This document shows positions 1 through 11,043 of a DNA stretch of 17,453 nt, piece by piece. The translations under genes and the position numbers were made by a program. The stretch's first letter is position 1; every line of letters begins with the position of its first letter. The stretch is from positions 1 through 17,453 of the forward strand of contig NW_021832078.1 of NCBI RefSeq assembly GCF_006345805.1, given 5' to 3'. The notes under the pieces were generated by a model. It ran no database searches, had not been told where the DNA came from, and saw nothing but the letters and a program-made list of their open reading frames with translations. This DNA comes from Octopus sinensis (lineage: Eukaryota).

Positions 1-3000
1 GGTGGCGAAGATGATGATGATGGTGATGATGTGGCGAAGATGATGTGATGATGGTGATGTGGTGGCGAAGATGATGATGATGGTGATGATGGTGGCGAAG
101 ATGAAGATGATGGTGATGATGGTGGCGAAGATGATGATGATGGTGATGATGGTGGCGAAGATGATGATGATGGTGATGATGGTGGCGAAGATGATGATGA
201 TGGTGATGATGGTGGCGAAAGATGATGATGGTGATGATGGTGGCGAAGATGAAGATGATGGTGATGATGGTGGCGAAAGATGATGATGGTGATGATGGTG
301 GCGAAGATGAAGATGATGGTGATGATGGTGGCGAAGATGAAGATGATGGTGATGATGGTGGTGGCGAAGATGATGATGATGGTGATGTTGGTGGCGAAAG
401 ATGATGATGATGGTGATGATGGTGGCGAAGATGATGATGATGGTGATGATGGTGGCGAAGATGATGATGATGGTGATGTTGGTGGCGAAGATGAAGATGA
501 TAGTGATGATGGTGGCGAAGATGATGATGATGGTGATGATGGTGGCGAAGATGATGATGATGGTGATGATGGTGGCGATGATGATGATGATGGTGATGAT
601 GGCGAAGATGATGATGATGGTGATGATGGTGGCGAAGATGATGATGATGGTGATGATGGTGGCGAAGATGATGATGATGGTGATGATGGTGGCGAAGATG
701 ATGATGATGGTGATGATGGTGGCGAAGATGATGATGATGGTGATGATGGTGGCGAAGATGATGATGATGGTGATGATGGTGGCGAAGATGATGATGATGG
801 TGATGATGGTGGCGAAGATGATGATGATGGTGATGATGGTGGCGAAGATGATGATGATGGTGATGATGGTGGCGAAGATGAAGATGATAGTGATGATGGT
901 GGCGAAGATGATGATGATGGTGATGATGGTGGCGAAGATGATGATGATGGTGATGATGGTGGCGAAGATGATGATGATGGTGTGATGGTGGTGGCGAAGA
1001 TGATGATGGTGATGATGGTGGCGAAGATGATGATGATGGTGATGTTGGTGGCGAAGATGATGATGATGGTGATGATGGTGGCGAAGATGATGATGATGGT
1101 GATGTTGGTGGCGAAGATGATGATGATGGTGATGATGGTGGCGAAGATGATGATGATGGTGATGATGGTGGCGAAGATGATGATGATGGTGATGATGGTG
1201 GCGAAGATGATGATGATGCTGATGATGGTGGCGAAGATGATGATGGTGATGATGGTGGCGAAGATGAAGATGATAGTGATGATGGTGGCGAAGATGATGA
1301 TGATGGTGATGATGGTGGCGAAGATGATGATGATGGTGATGATGGTGGCGAAGATGAAGATGATAGTGATGATGGTGGCGAAGATGATGATGATGGTGAT
1401 GATGGTGGCGAAGATGATGATGATGGTGATGTTGGTGGCGAAGATGAAGATGATGGTGATGATGGTGGCGAAGATGATGATGATGGTGATGTTGGTGGCG
1501 AAGATGATGATGATGGTGATGATGGTGGCGAAGATGATGATGATGGTGATGATGGTGGCGAAGATGATGATGATGGTGATGATGGTGGCGAAGATGAAGA
1601 TGATAGTGATGATGGTGGCGAAGATGATGATGATGGTGATGATGGTGGCGAAGATGATGATGATGGTGATGATGGTGGCGAAGATGAAGATGATGGTGAT
1701 GATGGTGGCGAAGATGATGATGATGGTGATTGGTGGCGAAGATGATGATGATGGTGATGATGGTGGCGAAGATGATGATGATGGTGATGATGGTGGCGAA
1801 GATGAAGATGATGATGATGGTGATGATGGTGGCGAAGATGATGATGATGGTGATGATGGTGGCGAAGATGATGATGATGGTGATGATGGTGGCGAAGATG
1901 ATGATGATGGTGATGATGGTGGCGAAGATGAAGTTGATGGTGATGATGGTGGCGAAGATGATGATGATGGTGATGATGGTGGCGAAGATGAAGATGATAG
2001 TGATGATGGTGGCGAAGATGATGATGATGGTGATGTTGGTGGCGAAGATGATGATGATGGTGATGATGGTGGCGAAGATGAAGATGATAGTGATGATGGT
2101 GGCGAAGATGATGATGATGGTGATGATGGTGGCGAAGATGATGATGATGGTGATGATGGTGGCGAAGATGAGTTGATGGTGATGATGGTGGCGAAGATGA
2201 TGATGATGGTGATGTGATGGTGGCGAAGATGAGATGATGGTGATGATGGTGCGCGAAGATGATGATGATGGTGATGTTGGCGAAGATGATGATGTGGTGA
2301 TGATGGTGGCGAGATGATGATGATGGTGATGATGGTGGCGAAGATGATGATGATGGTGATGATGGTGGCGAAGATGATGATGATGGTGATGATGGTGGCG
2401 AAGATGATGATGATGGTGATGATGGTGGCGAAGATGATGATGATGATGGTGATGTTGGTGCGAAGATGATGATGATGGGGATGTTGGTGGCGATGATGAT
2501 GATGGTGATGATGGTGGACGATGATGATGATGATGGGGATGTTGGTGGCGATGATGATGATGGTGTGTGATGGTGACGATGATGATGATGATGGTGGCGA
2601 AGATGATGATGATGGTGTGATGATGGTGGCGGCGAAGATGAAGATGATGGTGATGATGGTGGCGAAGATGATTGATGATGATGGTGGATGTTGGTGGCGA
2701 AGATGATGATGATGGTGATGATGGTGGCGAAGATGATGATGATGGTGTGATGATGGTGGCGAAGATTGATGATGGGTGATGTTGGTGGCGAAGATGATGA
2801 TGATGGGATGTGTGTGGCGATGATGATGATGGTGATGATGGTGGTGACGATGATGATGATGATGGTGAATGGTGCGATTGTGAATGATGATGATGATGGT
2901 GGCGAAGATGATGATGATGGTGGATGATGGTCGAGAGAAGATGATGATGGTGATGATGGTTGGGCGATGGGGTGATGATGGGATGAGTGATGGTGATGGG

Positions 3001-6000
3001 GGTGGCGATGATTGATGATGATGGTGATGGGTGGCGAAGATGATGATGATGGTGATGATGATGGTGGCGAAGATGATGATGATGGTGATGATGGTGGCGA
3101 AGATGATGATGATGGTGATGATGGTGGCGAAGATGATGATGATGGTGATGATGGTGGCGAAGATGATGATGATGGGGATGTTGGTGGCGAAGATAGATGA
3201 TGATGATGGTTGATGATGGTGGCGCGAAGATGATGATGATGGTGATGATGGTGGCGAAGATGAAGATGATAGTGATGATGGTGGCGAAGATGATGATGAT
3301 GGTGATGATGGTGGCGAAGATGAAGATGATGGTGATGATGGTGGCGAAGATGATGATGATGGTGATGATGGTGGCGAAGATGATGATGATGGTGATGATG
3401 GTGGCGAAGATGATGATGATGGTGATGATGGTGGCGAAGATGATGATGATGGTGATGATGGTGGCGAAGATGATGATGATGGTGATGATGGTGGCGAAGA
3501 TGATGATGATGGTGATGTTGGTGGCGAAGATGATGATGATGGTGATGATGGTGGCGAAGATGATGATGATGGTGATGATGGTGGCGAAGATGATGATGAT
3601 GGTGATGATGGTGGCGAAGATGATGATGATGGTGATGATGGTGGCGAAGATGATGATGATGGTGATGATGGTGGCGAGATGATGATGATGATGGTGATGT
3701 TGGTGGCGAAGATGATGATGATGGGGATGTTGTGGACGATGATGATGATGGTGATGATGGTGAGATGATGATGATGATGGGGATGTGGTGGCGATGATGA
3801 TGATGGTGGTTGATTGTGACGATGCGATGATTGATGATGATGGTGGCGAAGATGATGATGATGGTGATGATGGTGGCGAAGATGATGATGATGGTGATGT
3901 TGGTGGCGAAGATGATGATGATGGTGATGATGGTGGCGAAAGATGATGATGATGGTGATGATGGTGGCGAAGATGATGATGATGGTGTGATGGTTGGTGG
4001 CGAAGATGATGATGATTGGGATGTTGGTGGCGATGATGTATGGTGATGATGGTGACGATGATGATGATGATGGTGTGATGATGGTTGTCGAAGATGATGT
4101 GATGATGGTGGCGAAGATGATGATGATGGTGTGATGATGGTCGCGAAGAAGATGATGATGGTGATGATGGTGGCGATGATGATGATGATGGTGATGATGG
4201 TGGCGAAGATGATGATGATGGTGATGTTGGTGGCGAAGATGATGATGATGGTGATGTTGGTGGCGAAGATGATGATGATGGTGATGATGGTGGCGACGAT
4301 GATGATGATGGTGATGATGGTGGCGAAGATGATGATGATGGTGATGATGGTGGCGAAGATGATGATGATGGTGATGATGGTGGCGAAGATGATGATGATG
4401 ATGGTGATGATGGTGGCGAAGATGATGATGATGGTGATGATGGTGGCGACGACGATGATGATGATGGTGATGATGGTGACGATGATGATGATGATGGTGA
4501 TGATTGGTTGGCGATGATGATGATGATGGTGATGATGGTGACGTTGATGATGATGATGTGATGATGGTGGCGAAGATGATGATGATGGTGATGATGGTGG
4601 CGAAGATGAAGATGATGGTGATGATGGTGGCGAAGATGATGATGATGGTTGATTGTTGGGTTTGTGGCGAAGATGAAGATGATGATGATGGTGATGATGG
4701 TGGCGAGATGATGATGATGGTGATGATGGTGGCGAAGATGATGATGATGGTGATGATGGTGGCGAAGCGAAGATGATGATGATGGTGATGATGGTGGCGA
4801 AGATGATGATGATGGTGTGATGATGGTGGCGAAGATGATGATGATGGTGATGATGGTGGCGAAGATGAAGATGATGGTGATGATGGTGCACGAGATGATG
4901 ATGATGGTGATGATGGTGGCGAAGATGAAGATGATATGATGATGTTGGCGAAGATGATGATGATGGTGATGATGGTGCGAAGATGATGATGATGGTGATG
5001 ATGGTGCGGAAGATGATGATGATGGTGATGATGGTGGCGAAGATGATGATGATGGTTGTGATGATGGTGGCGAAGATGAGATGATAGTTGATGATGGTGG
5101 CGAAGATGATGATGATGGTGATGTTGGTGGCGAAGATGATGATGATGGTGATGATGGTGGCGAAGATGATGATGATGGTTGTGATGATGGTGGCCAAAGA
5201 TGAAGATGATGGTGATGATGGTGGCGACCCGATGATGATGATGGTGATGATGGTGGCGAAGATGATGATGATGGTGGATGATTGGTGACGATGATGATGA
5301 TGTGATGATGGTGATGATGGTGCGAAGATGAGGGATGATGGTGATGATGGTGGCGTGATGATGATGATGGTGATGATGGTGGCGAAGATGATGATGATGT
5401 GATGATGGTGGCGAAGATGAAGATGATGGTGATGATGGTGGCGAAGATGATGATGATGGTGATGTTGGGGCGAAGATGATGATGATGGTGATGATGTGGC
5501 GAAGGAAGATGATGATGATGTATGATGGTGGCGAAGATGATGATGATGGTGATGATGGTGGCGAAGATGATGATGATGGGATGTTGGTGGCGAAGATGAT
5601 GTCATGGTGATGATGGTGGCGAAGATGATGATGATTGGTGATGATGGTGGCGAAGATGATGATGATGGGGATGATGGTGGCGAAGATGATTGATGATGGT
5701 GATGATGGTGGCGAAGATTTGAAGATGGTGATAAGTGATTGTGGTGGCGAAGATTGATGATGATGGTGTGATGATGGTGAGAGCGAAGATGATGATGATG
5801 GTGATGATGGTGGAGAGATGATAGTTGAAGGTGATGATGGTGGGAGAAGATGATGATGATGGTGATGATGGTGGCGAAGATGGAAGATGATGTGATGATG
5901 GTGGCGAAGATGATGATGATGTGATGTTGGTGGCGAAGATGATGATGATGGTTGATGATGGTGGCGAAGATGATGATGATGGTTGATGATGGTGGCGAAG

Positions 6001-8007
6001 ATGATGATGATGGTGATGATGGTGGCGAAGATGATGATGATGATGGTGATGATGGTGGCGAATGGGCGAAGGGGTGATGATGGTGATGTATGTGGCGAAG
6101 ATGATGATGATTGGTGATGATGGTGGCGAAGATGTGATGATGATGGGGATGTGGTGGCGAAGATGATGATGGTGATGATGGTTGACGAAGTGATGATGAT
6201 GATGGGGATGATGGTGGCGAGATGATGATGATGGTGATGATGTTGACGATGATGATGATGATGTGGCGAAGATGATGATGATGGTGATGATGGGGCGAAG
6301 ATGATGATGATGGTGATGATGGTGGCGAAGATGATGATGATGGTGATGTTGGTGGCGAAGATGATGATGATGGTCATGATGGTGGCGAAGATGAAGATGA
6401 TAGTGATGATGGTGGCGAAGATTTGAATGATGTGATGTTGGTGGCGAAGATGATGATGTTGGTGATGATGGTGGCGAAGATGATGATGATGGTGATGATG
6501 GTGGCGAAGATGATGATGATGGTGGATGATGGTGGCGAAGATGATGATGATTGTGATGATGGTGGCGAAGATGATGATGATGGTGATGATGGTGGCGAAG
6601 ATGATGATGATGGTGATGTTGGTGGCGAAGATGATGATGATGGGGATGTTGGTGGCGATGATGATGATGGTTGATGATGGTGACGATGATGATGATGATG
6701 GGGATGTTTGTGGCGTGCGATTGATGATGGTGTTTGATGGTGACGATGATTATGATGATGGTGGCGAAGATGATGATGATGGTGATGATGGTGGCGAAGA
6801 TGAAGATGATGGTGATGATGTTGCGAAAATGATGATGATGGTGATGTTGGTGGCGAAGATGATGATGATGGTTTGATGGTGGCGAAGATGATGATGATGG
6901 TGATGATGGTGGCGAAGATGATGATGATGGTGATGTTGGTGGCGAAGATGATGATGATGGGGATGTTTGTGGCGATGATGATGATGGTGATGATGGTGAC
7001 GATGATGATGATGATGGTGATGATGGTTGTCGAAGATGATGATGATGGTGGCGAAGATGATGATGATGGTGATGATGGTCGCGAAGAAGATGATGATGGT
7101 GATGATGGTGGCGATGATGATGATGATGGTGATGATGGTGGCGAAGATGATGATGATGGTGATGTTGGTGGCGAAGATGATGATGATGGTGATGTTGGTG
7201 GCGAAGATGATGATGATGGTGATGATGGTGGCGAATATGATGATGATGGTGATGATGGTGGCGAAGATGATGATGATGGTGATGTTGGTGGCGAAGATGA
7301 TGATGATGGTGATGATGGTGGCGATGATGATGATGGTGATGATGGTGGCGAAGATGATGATGATGGGGATGTTGGTGGCGATGATGATGATGGTGATGAT
7401 GGTGACGATGATGATGATGATGGTTGCGAAGATGATGATGGTGGTGATGATGGTGGCGAAGATGAAGATGATTGTGATGATGGTGGCGAAGTTGATGATG
7501 ATGGTGATGATGGTGGCGAAGATGATGATGATGGTGATGTTGGTGGCGAAGATGATGATTATGTGGATGATGGTGGCGAAGATGATGATGATGGTGATGA
7601 TGGTGGCGAAGATGATGATGATGGTGATGTTGTTGGCGAAGATGATGATGGTGATGACGGTGACGACGATGATGATGATGGTGATGATGATGGCGAAGAA
7701 GATGATGATGGTGATGATGGTGGCGAAGATGATGATGATGGTGATGATGGTGGCGAAGATGATGATGATGGTGATGACGATGGCGAAGATGATGATGATG
7801 GTGATGATGGTGACGATGATGATGATGATGGTGATGATGGTGACGATGATGATGATGATGGTGATGATGGTTGGCGAAGATGATGATGATGGTGGCGAAG
7901 ATGATGATGATGGTGATGATGATGGCGAAGAAGATGATGATGGTGATGATGGTGGCGAAGATGATGATGATGATGATGGTGGCGAAGATGATGATGATGA
8001 TGATGAT
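1..8007 (+). repeat. 30-bp tandem minisatellite, consensus GGTGGCGAAGATGATGATGATGGTGATGAT, roughly 265 units, continues past the left edge
   Basis: The unit repeats exactly twice per 60-nt line in clean blocks (e.g. 121-180, 661-840, 3361-3480). Recurrent variants are GAT>GAA, GGT>AGT, GAT>GTT, GGT>GGG and units one triplet shorter or longer. Copy number is length/30. Confidence 0.97.
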
Positions 8008-8165
8008 AACAACGACAACGACGACGATGATGATGTTAGTGTTGATGACTGTGCTGGTGATGATAGTGATGGAGATGGTGGTGGTGGTGGTGGTGGTGTT
8101 TGTGGTTGTGATGTTGGTGGTGGTGTCGGTGTTGGTGAGGGCGGTGGTTTAGGCGGTGGAGGTGG
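8008..8165 (+). repeat. Degenerate triplet low-complexity tract (AAC/GAC/GAT grading into GGT)
   Basis: Read directly: gataacaacgacaacgacgacgatgatgat ... ggtggtggtggtggtggtggt ... ggcggtggaggtgg. Confidence 0.85.
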
Positions 8166-8345
8166 GACACGACATTGATGATAATGTATAATGTTTTTCT
8201 TTAATAGAGTCCAAGATGGCAAATGAGAAGATGGAGGAGAATACAGAGAAGGAAGATGGCGGTGAGCGAAAGAGTGGGTGGGGCGGCTTAATGGTTGTTT
8301 CTGGAATAACTCAACTCTCATATAGATACACAAAGAATAAATATA

Positions 8346-8366
8346 TAAATAAATAAATAAATAAAT
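8346..8366 (+). repeat. (AAAT)n microsatellite
   Basis: taaataaataaataaataaat. Confidence 0.9.
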
Positions 8367-8617
8367 GTAAAGGAAAGAAAAAAATTAACGATCAAGAAAA
8401 GCAACAACAACAACAATTATGGCGAAAGCATAAACAAAAATTTTAAAAAATTGCATAAACAACGGTATTCATAACAAGAAGAAGAGGAATAAAAATAACC
8501 ATTAAGATAAAACTGTTTAAGTTTGAGATAGGAAGTCAATCTGGAGATCACTTGTTACAGAAAAAAAAGAAAAACAAAACAAAAGCAACATCAATATTTG
8601 GGATAAAACAGCAATAT

Positions 8618-8619
<2 letters not shown>

Positions 8620-8692
<73 letters not shown>

Positions 8693-8862
8693 TCAATAAT
8701 AATAATAATAATAATAATAATGATGATGATGATGATGATGATGATGGTGGTGGTAATGATGATGATGGTGATAATTATAATAATAAAAATGATGATGATG
8801 ATGATGATGATGATAATAATGATGATGATGATGATGATGATAATTATTATCATCATCATCAT
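8620..8862 (+). repeat. Compound (AAT)n/(GAT)n microsatellite ending in a short opposite-strand (ATT/ATC) run
   Basis: About 100 bp of AAT from 8620, then GAT/GGT/AAT runs, then tattatcatcatcatcat at 8845-8862. Confidence 0.95.
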
Positions 8863-9518
8863 GTATATGTTTTGTTTTGGTATAGAAGATGGGCTGCAAT
8901 AAATATTCTGCTCAATACCACAGAGTTGCTTGTCATTTGTTTGACCTTCACCAGTTGAGCATGTCTCTTAGCGGCTGACGGTAAGTGCATCGCTGATCAC
9001 AAGCAGAAGTAGTGGGGGAGCATCATAGTCATGTATTGAGAGGGATTCTGTGAGGTTTGAATAATTTATCTCTGGAAACATGGATGTTTCATTAATCGTC
9101 CTTAGACAACCCTTATTCAAGGATCTTTTCAGTGGGTGGCGCTACTTGACCAGAAGAAAATTCTAACTGGATCCTACCTGCAAAGTCATGCACTGTTTAC
9201 CTTAATATGAGATCACCATGAGGCGCAGATATGGTTGTGATGCATGTGCCTGGTGCATCCTTATCAGAGAGGTAGTTATGGTGGGTATAACGTGGCTTAG
9301 TGGTTAGGGTATTTGGCCCACGATTGTAAGGTCGTGAGTTCGATTCCCGGCGACGCGTTGTGTCCTGGAGCAAGACACATTATTTCATGTTGCTCCAGTC
9401 CACTGTTCCGTTGATCATATCAGCTGGTACCCTCGTCGTTGCAACCGATAGAGTGCTCCTACTGGGTTTTGTATTTCGTACCCTAGTGTTACTGATGGCA
9501 TGCGCTGCTTTCTCACTC
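8863..9518 (+). mobile_element. Unclassified interspersed repeat interrupted by a SINE and ending next to an (AAT)n tract
   Basis: Non-coding, moderately GC-rich block between two microsatellites, ending ...gatggcatgcgctgctttctcactc shortly before (AAT)n. I recognise it from memory as an abundant Octopus repeat; its class is not determined. Confidence 0.5.
9290..9459 (+). mobile_element. tRNA-derived SINE, family A, internally deleted copy
   Basis: Pol III A box TGGCTTAGTGG (9293-9303) and B box GTTCGATTCC (9338-9347), followed by TGTCCTGGAGCAAGACAC. The head aligns with the reverse complement of 12470-12560. Confidence 0.88.
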
Positions 9519-9524
9519 ACTACA

Positions 9525-9541
9525 AATAATAATAATAATAA

Positions 9542-9612
<71 letters not shown>

Positions 9613-9650
9613 ATAATGATAATAATAATAATAATAATAATAAAAAATAA
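9525..9650 (+). repeat. Compound microsatellite (AAT)6(AGT)23(AAT)n
   Basis: AAT 9525-9542, AGT 9543-9611 (69 bp), AAT/GAT 9612-9641, then an A-rich end. Confidence 0.96.
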
Positions 9651-10773
9651 GGAAACTGTTGACAATGCATAGAATGCACCACCCTAAGGCAGATACAGAA
9701 CGACTCTATCTGCCAAGAAAAGAGGGAGGCCGTGGTCTTTTGCAACTGGCAATAACAATGAAGATTGCTACAATTGGCCTAGACACCTACCTGAAAAACT
9801 CTGAGGACTGGATGCTAAAACTTGTCTCAAAAACATGAAAACAAGAAAGCATCATACTCAGTCACAAAACAGGCAAAGGAATATTAAGTGAATTCCGAAT
9901 ACAACCAATTTCGGAATTAGAGATAGATATACAAGAAACAAGCACAGAAAAAGCTAGGCGCATGAAAACCGTGCCAAAACTGCGGCCTTAGATATTCTGA
10001 ATAATAAATGGCAAGAAAAACCTCTCTATGGCAAATACCCAAAGAGAGCGAATAATGCAGATATCGACAAAGCCCTGACCCATCAATGGATAATGGCCTC
10101 TGGCTTAAAATCTGAAACAGAGGGGTTTATCATAGCAGCTCAAGATCAATGCCTACCAACAAGAAACTACCAGGCCAACATATTAAATATCAGAAGCAGT
10201 CCAACGTGTCGTGTATGCAAGCAACAAAATGAAACCATTGACCATGTGGTCTCCAAGTGCAGTCTTCTAGCGCTTACAGAGTATCTCAACAGGCACGATA
10301 GAGCTGCACAATATATTCACGGGTAATCTGTAAAAACCTGGATTTGACCCATGAAAAAAACTGGTGGGAACACACAAACCACCCCAGTGCTTGAAAATGA
10401 CCACATCTCACTCCTCTGGAACTTCACCATTCAAACTGACAGGAAGATAGATGCAAATAGGCCAGACATCATATTGAAAGACTTCAAACAAAGAACATGC
10501 CTCCTCATTGATATGACTGTCTCAATCGATATAAACGTATCTGTCAAGACCTACCAAAAACTGAGCAAATATAAAGATCTTGAAATAGAAATCAGCAAAA
10601 TGTGGAAGCTGAAGACTAAAACAATACCTGTTGTCATAGGTGCCCTGGGAATGATAGCAAAAGGGGCTGATAGCTACCTAACTCAGATACCAGGAAACCC
10701 AAAAATGGCAGAAGTTCAAAAGATAGTGCTCATGGGAACTGCTCATATCCTACGCAAAATACTCTCTATGTAA
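9650..10773 (+). pseudogene. Frameshifted C-terminal part of the retrotransposon ORF (post-RT region, zinc knuckle, restriction-like endonuclease)
   Basis: Track ORFs 10093..10326 and 10351..10773 are consecutive pieces in different frames; upstream pieces need further frameshifts. Confidence 0.88.
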
Positions 10774-10987
10774 TCTCAAGGTTTAAAACAAACATAATTT
10801 TCGGTTTAAAAAAAAAATAAAAAAAACCTTTTTTTTTAGACATTCATTAGTACAACATCCCGACCCCCCAAATATATGGCACACTAGGCATAACAAAAAC
10901 ATGAACTTCCAACCCTGTTGTCTCTTGAGGTCTCTGGGTGAGACTTGGAGCCAACTTGTACAAATATAAAGCAAAAGTCAAACATAG
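9650..10987 (+). mobile_element. 5'-truncated RLE-type non-LTR retrotransposon (R4/Dong-like), copy 1, with 3' UTR
   Basis: Translates as RKLLTMHRMHHPKADTERLYLPRKEGGRGLLQL from 9650, LKSETEGFIIAAQDQCLPTRNY, a CCHC knuckle CRVCKQQNETIDHVVSKC (10207-10260), and a PD-(D/E)xK-type endonuclease NRPD...IDM...KLSKY (10456-10572). Stop at 10773, then about 215 bp of UTR and an (AAT)n tract. Confidence 0.9.
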
Positions 10988-11043
10988 AATAATAATAATA
11001 ATAATAATAATAAAAATAACAATAATAATAATAATAATAATAA
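10988..11043 (+). repeat. (AAT)n tract: tail or target site between the two retrotransposon copies
   Basis: aataataataataataataataataaaaataacaataataataataataataataa. Confidence 0.95.

Larger units (their letters stand above)
1..8178 (+). other. Hypothetical frameshifted Asp/Gly-rich reading frame (GGEDDDDGDD)n ending ...GGGLGGGGGTRH*; coding status unsupported
   Basis: The GAT frame of the unit has no stop and runs through the degenerate 3' flank to TGA at 8176-8178. There is no start, splice site or domain evidence, and the phase is broken many times. Confidence 0.15.

Noticed and set aside
280-7883. Met-rich frame as a cephalopod reflectin, or His-rich antisense frame as a beak His-rich protein
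   Set aside because: Reflectin repeats are Met-Asp motifs rich in Tyr, Arg and Trp, and beak proteins are Gly-His rich; neither pattern is present.
1-8007. CRISPR array (repeat length of about 30 bp)
   Set aside because: Units are head-to-tail with no unique spacers, there are no cas genes, and the context is eukaryotic.
59-8178. Track ORFs of Met/Val-rich or mixed Met and Asp composition treated as separate genes
   Set aside because: They are alternative frames of one 30-bp unit, joined or split by indels; MMMMVMMVAK is the +1 shadow of GGEDDDDGDD.
8336-8366. AATAAA polyadenylation signals about 160 bp after the 8178 stop
   Set aside because: They lie in or beside an (AAAT)n microsatellite in AT-rich DNA, so they are not independent evidence of a transcript end.
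8548-8902. Poly-Ile, poly-His and poly-Met ORFs
   Set aside because: They are translations of the AAT/GAT microsatellite.
9290-9355. tRNA gene
   Set aside because: It has A and B boxes, but I could not fold a full cloverleaf, it runs into SINE body sequence, and a diverged second copy exists at 12490-12566; it is a SINE head.
9360-9745. Hydrophobic membrane-protein-like ORFs 9360..9650 (+) and 9380..9745 (-)
   Set aside because: They are composed of SINE tail, repeat end, AAT/AGT microsatellite and LINE antisense sequence.
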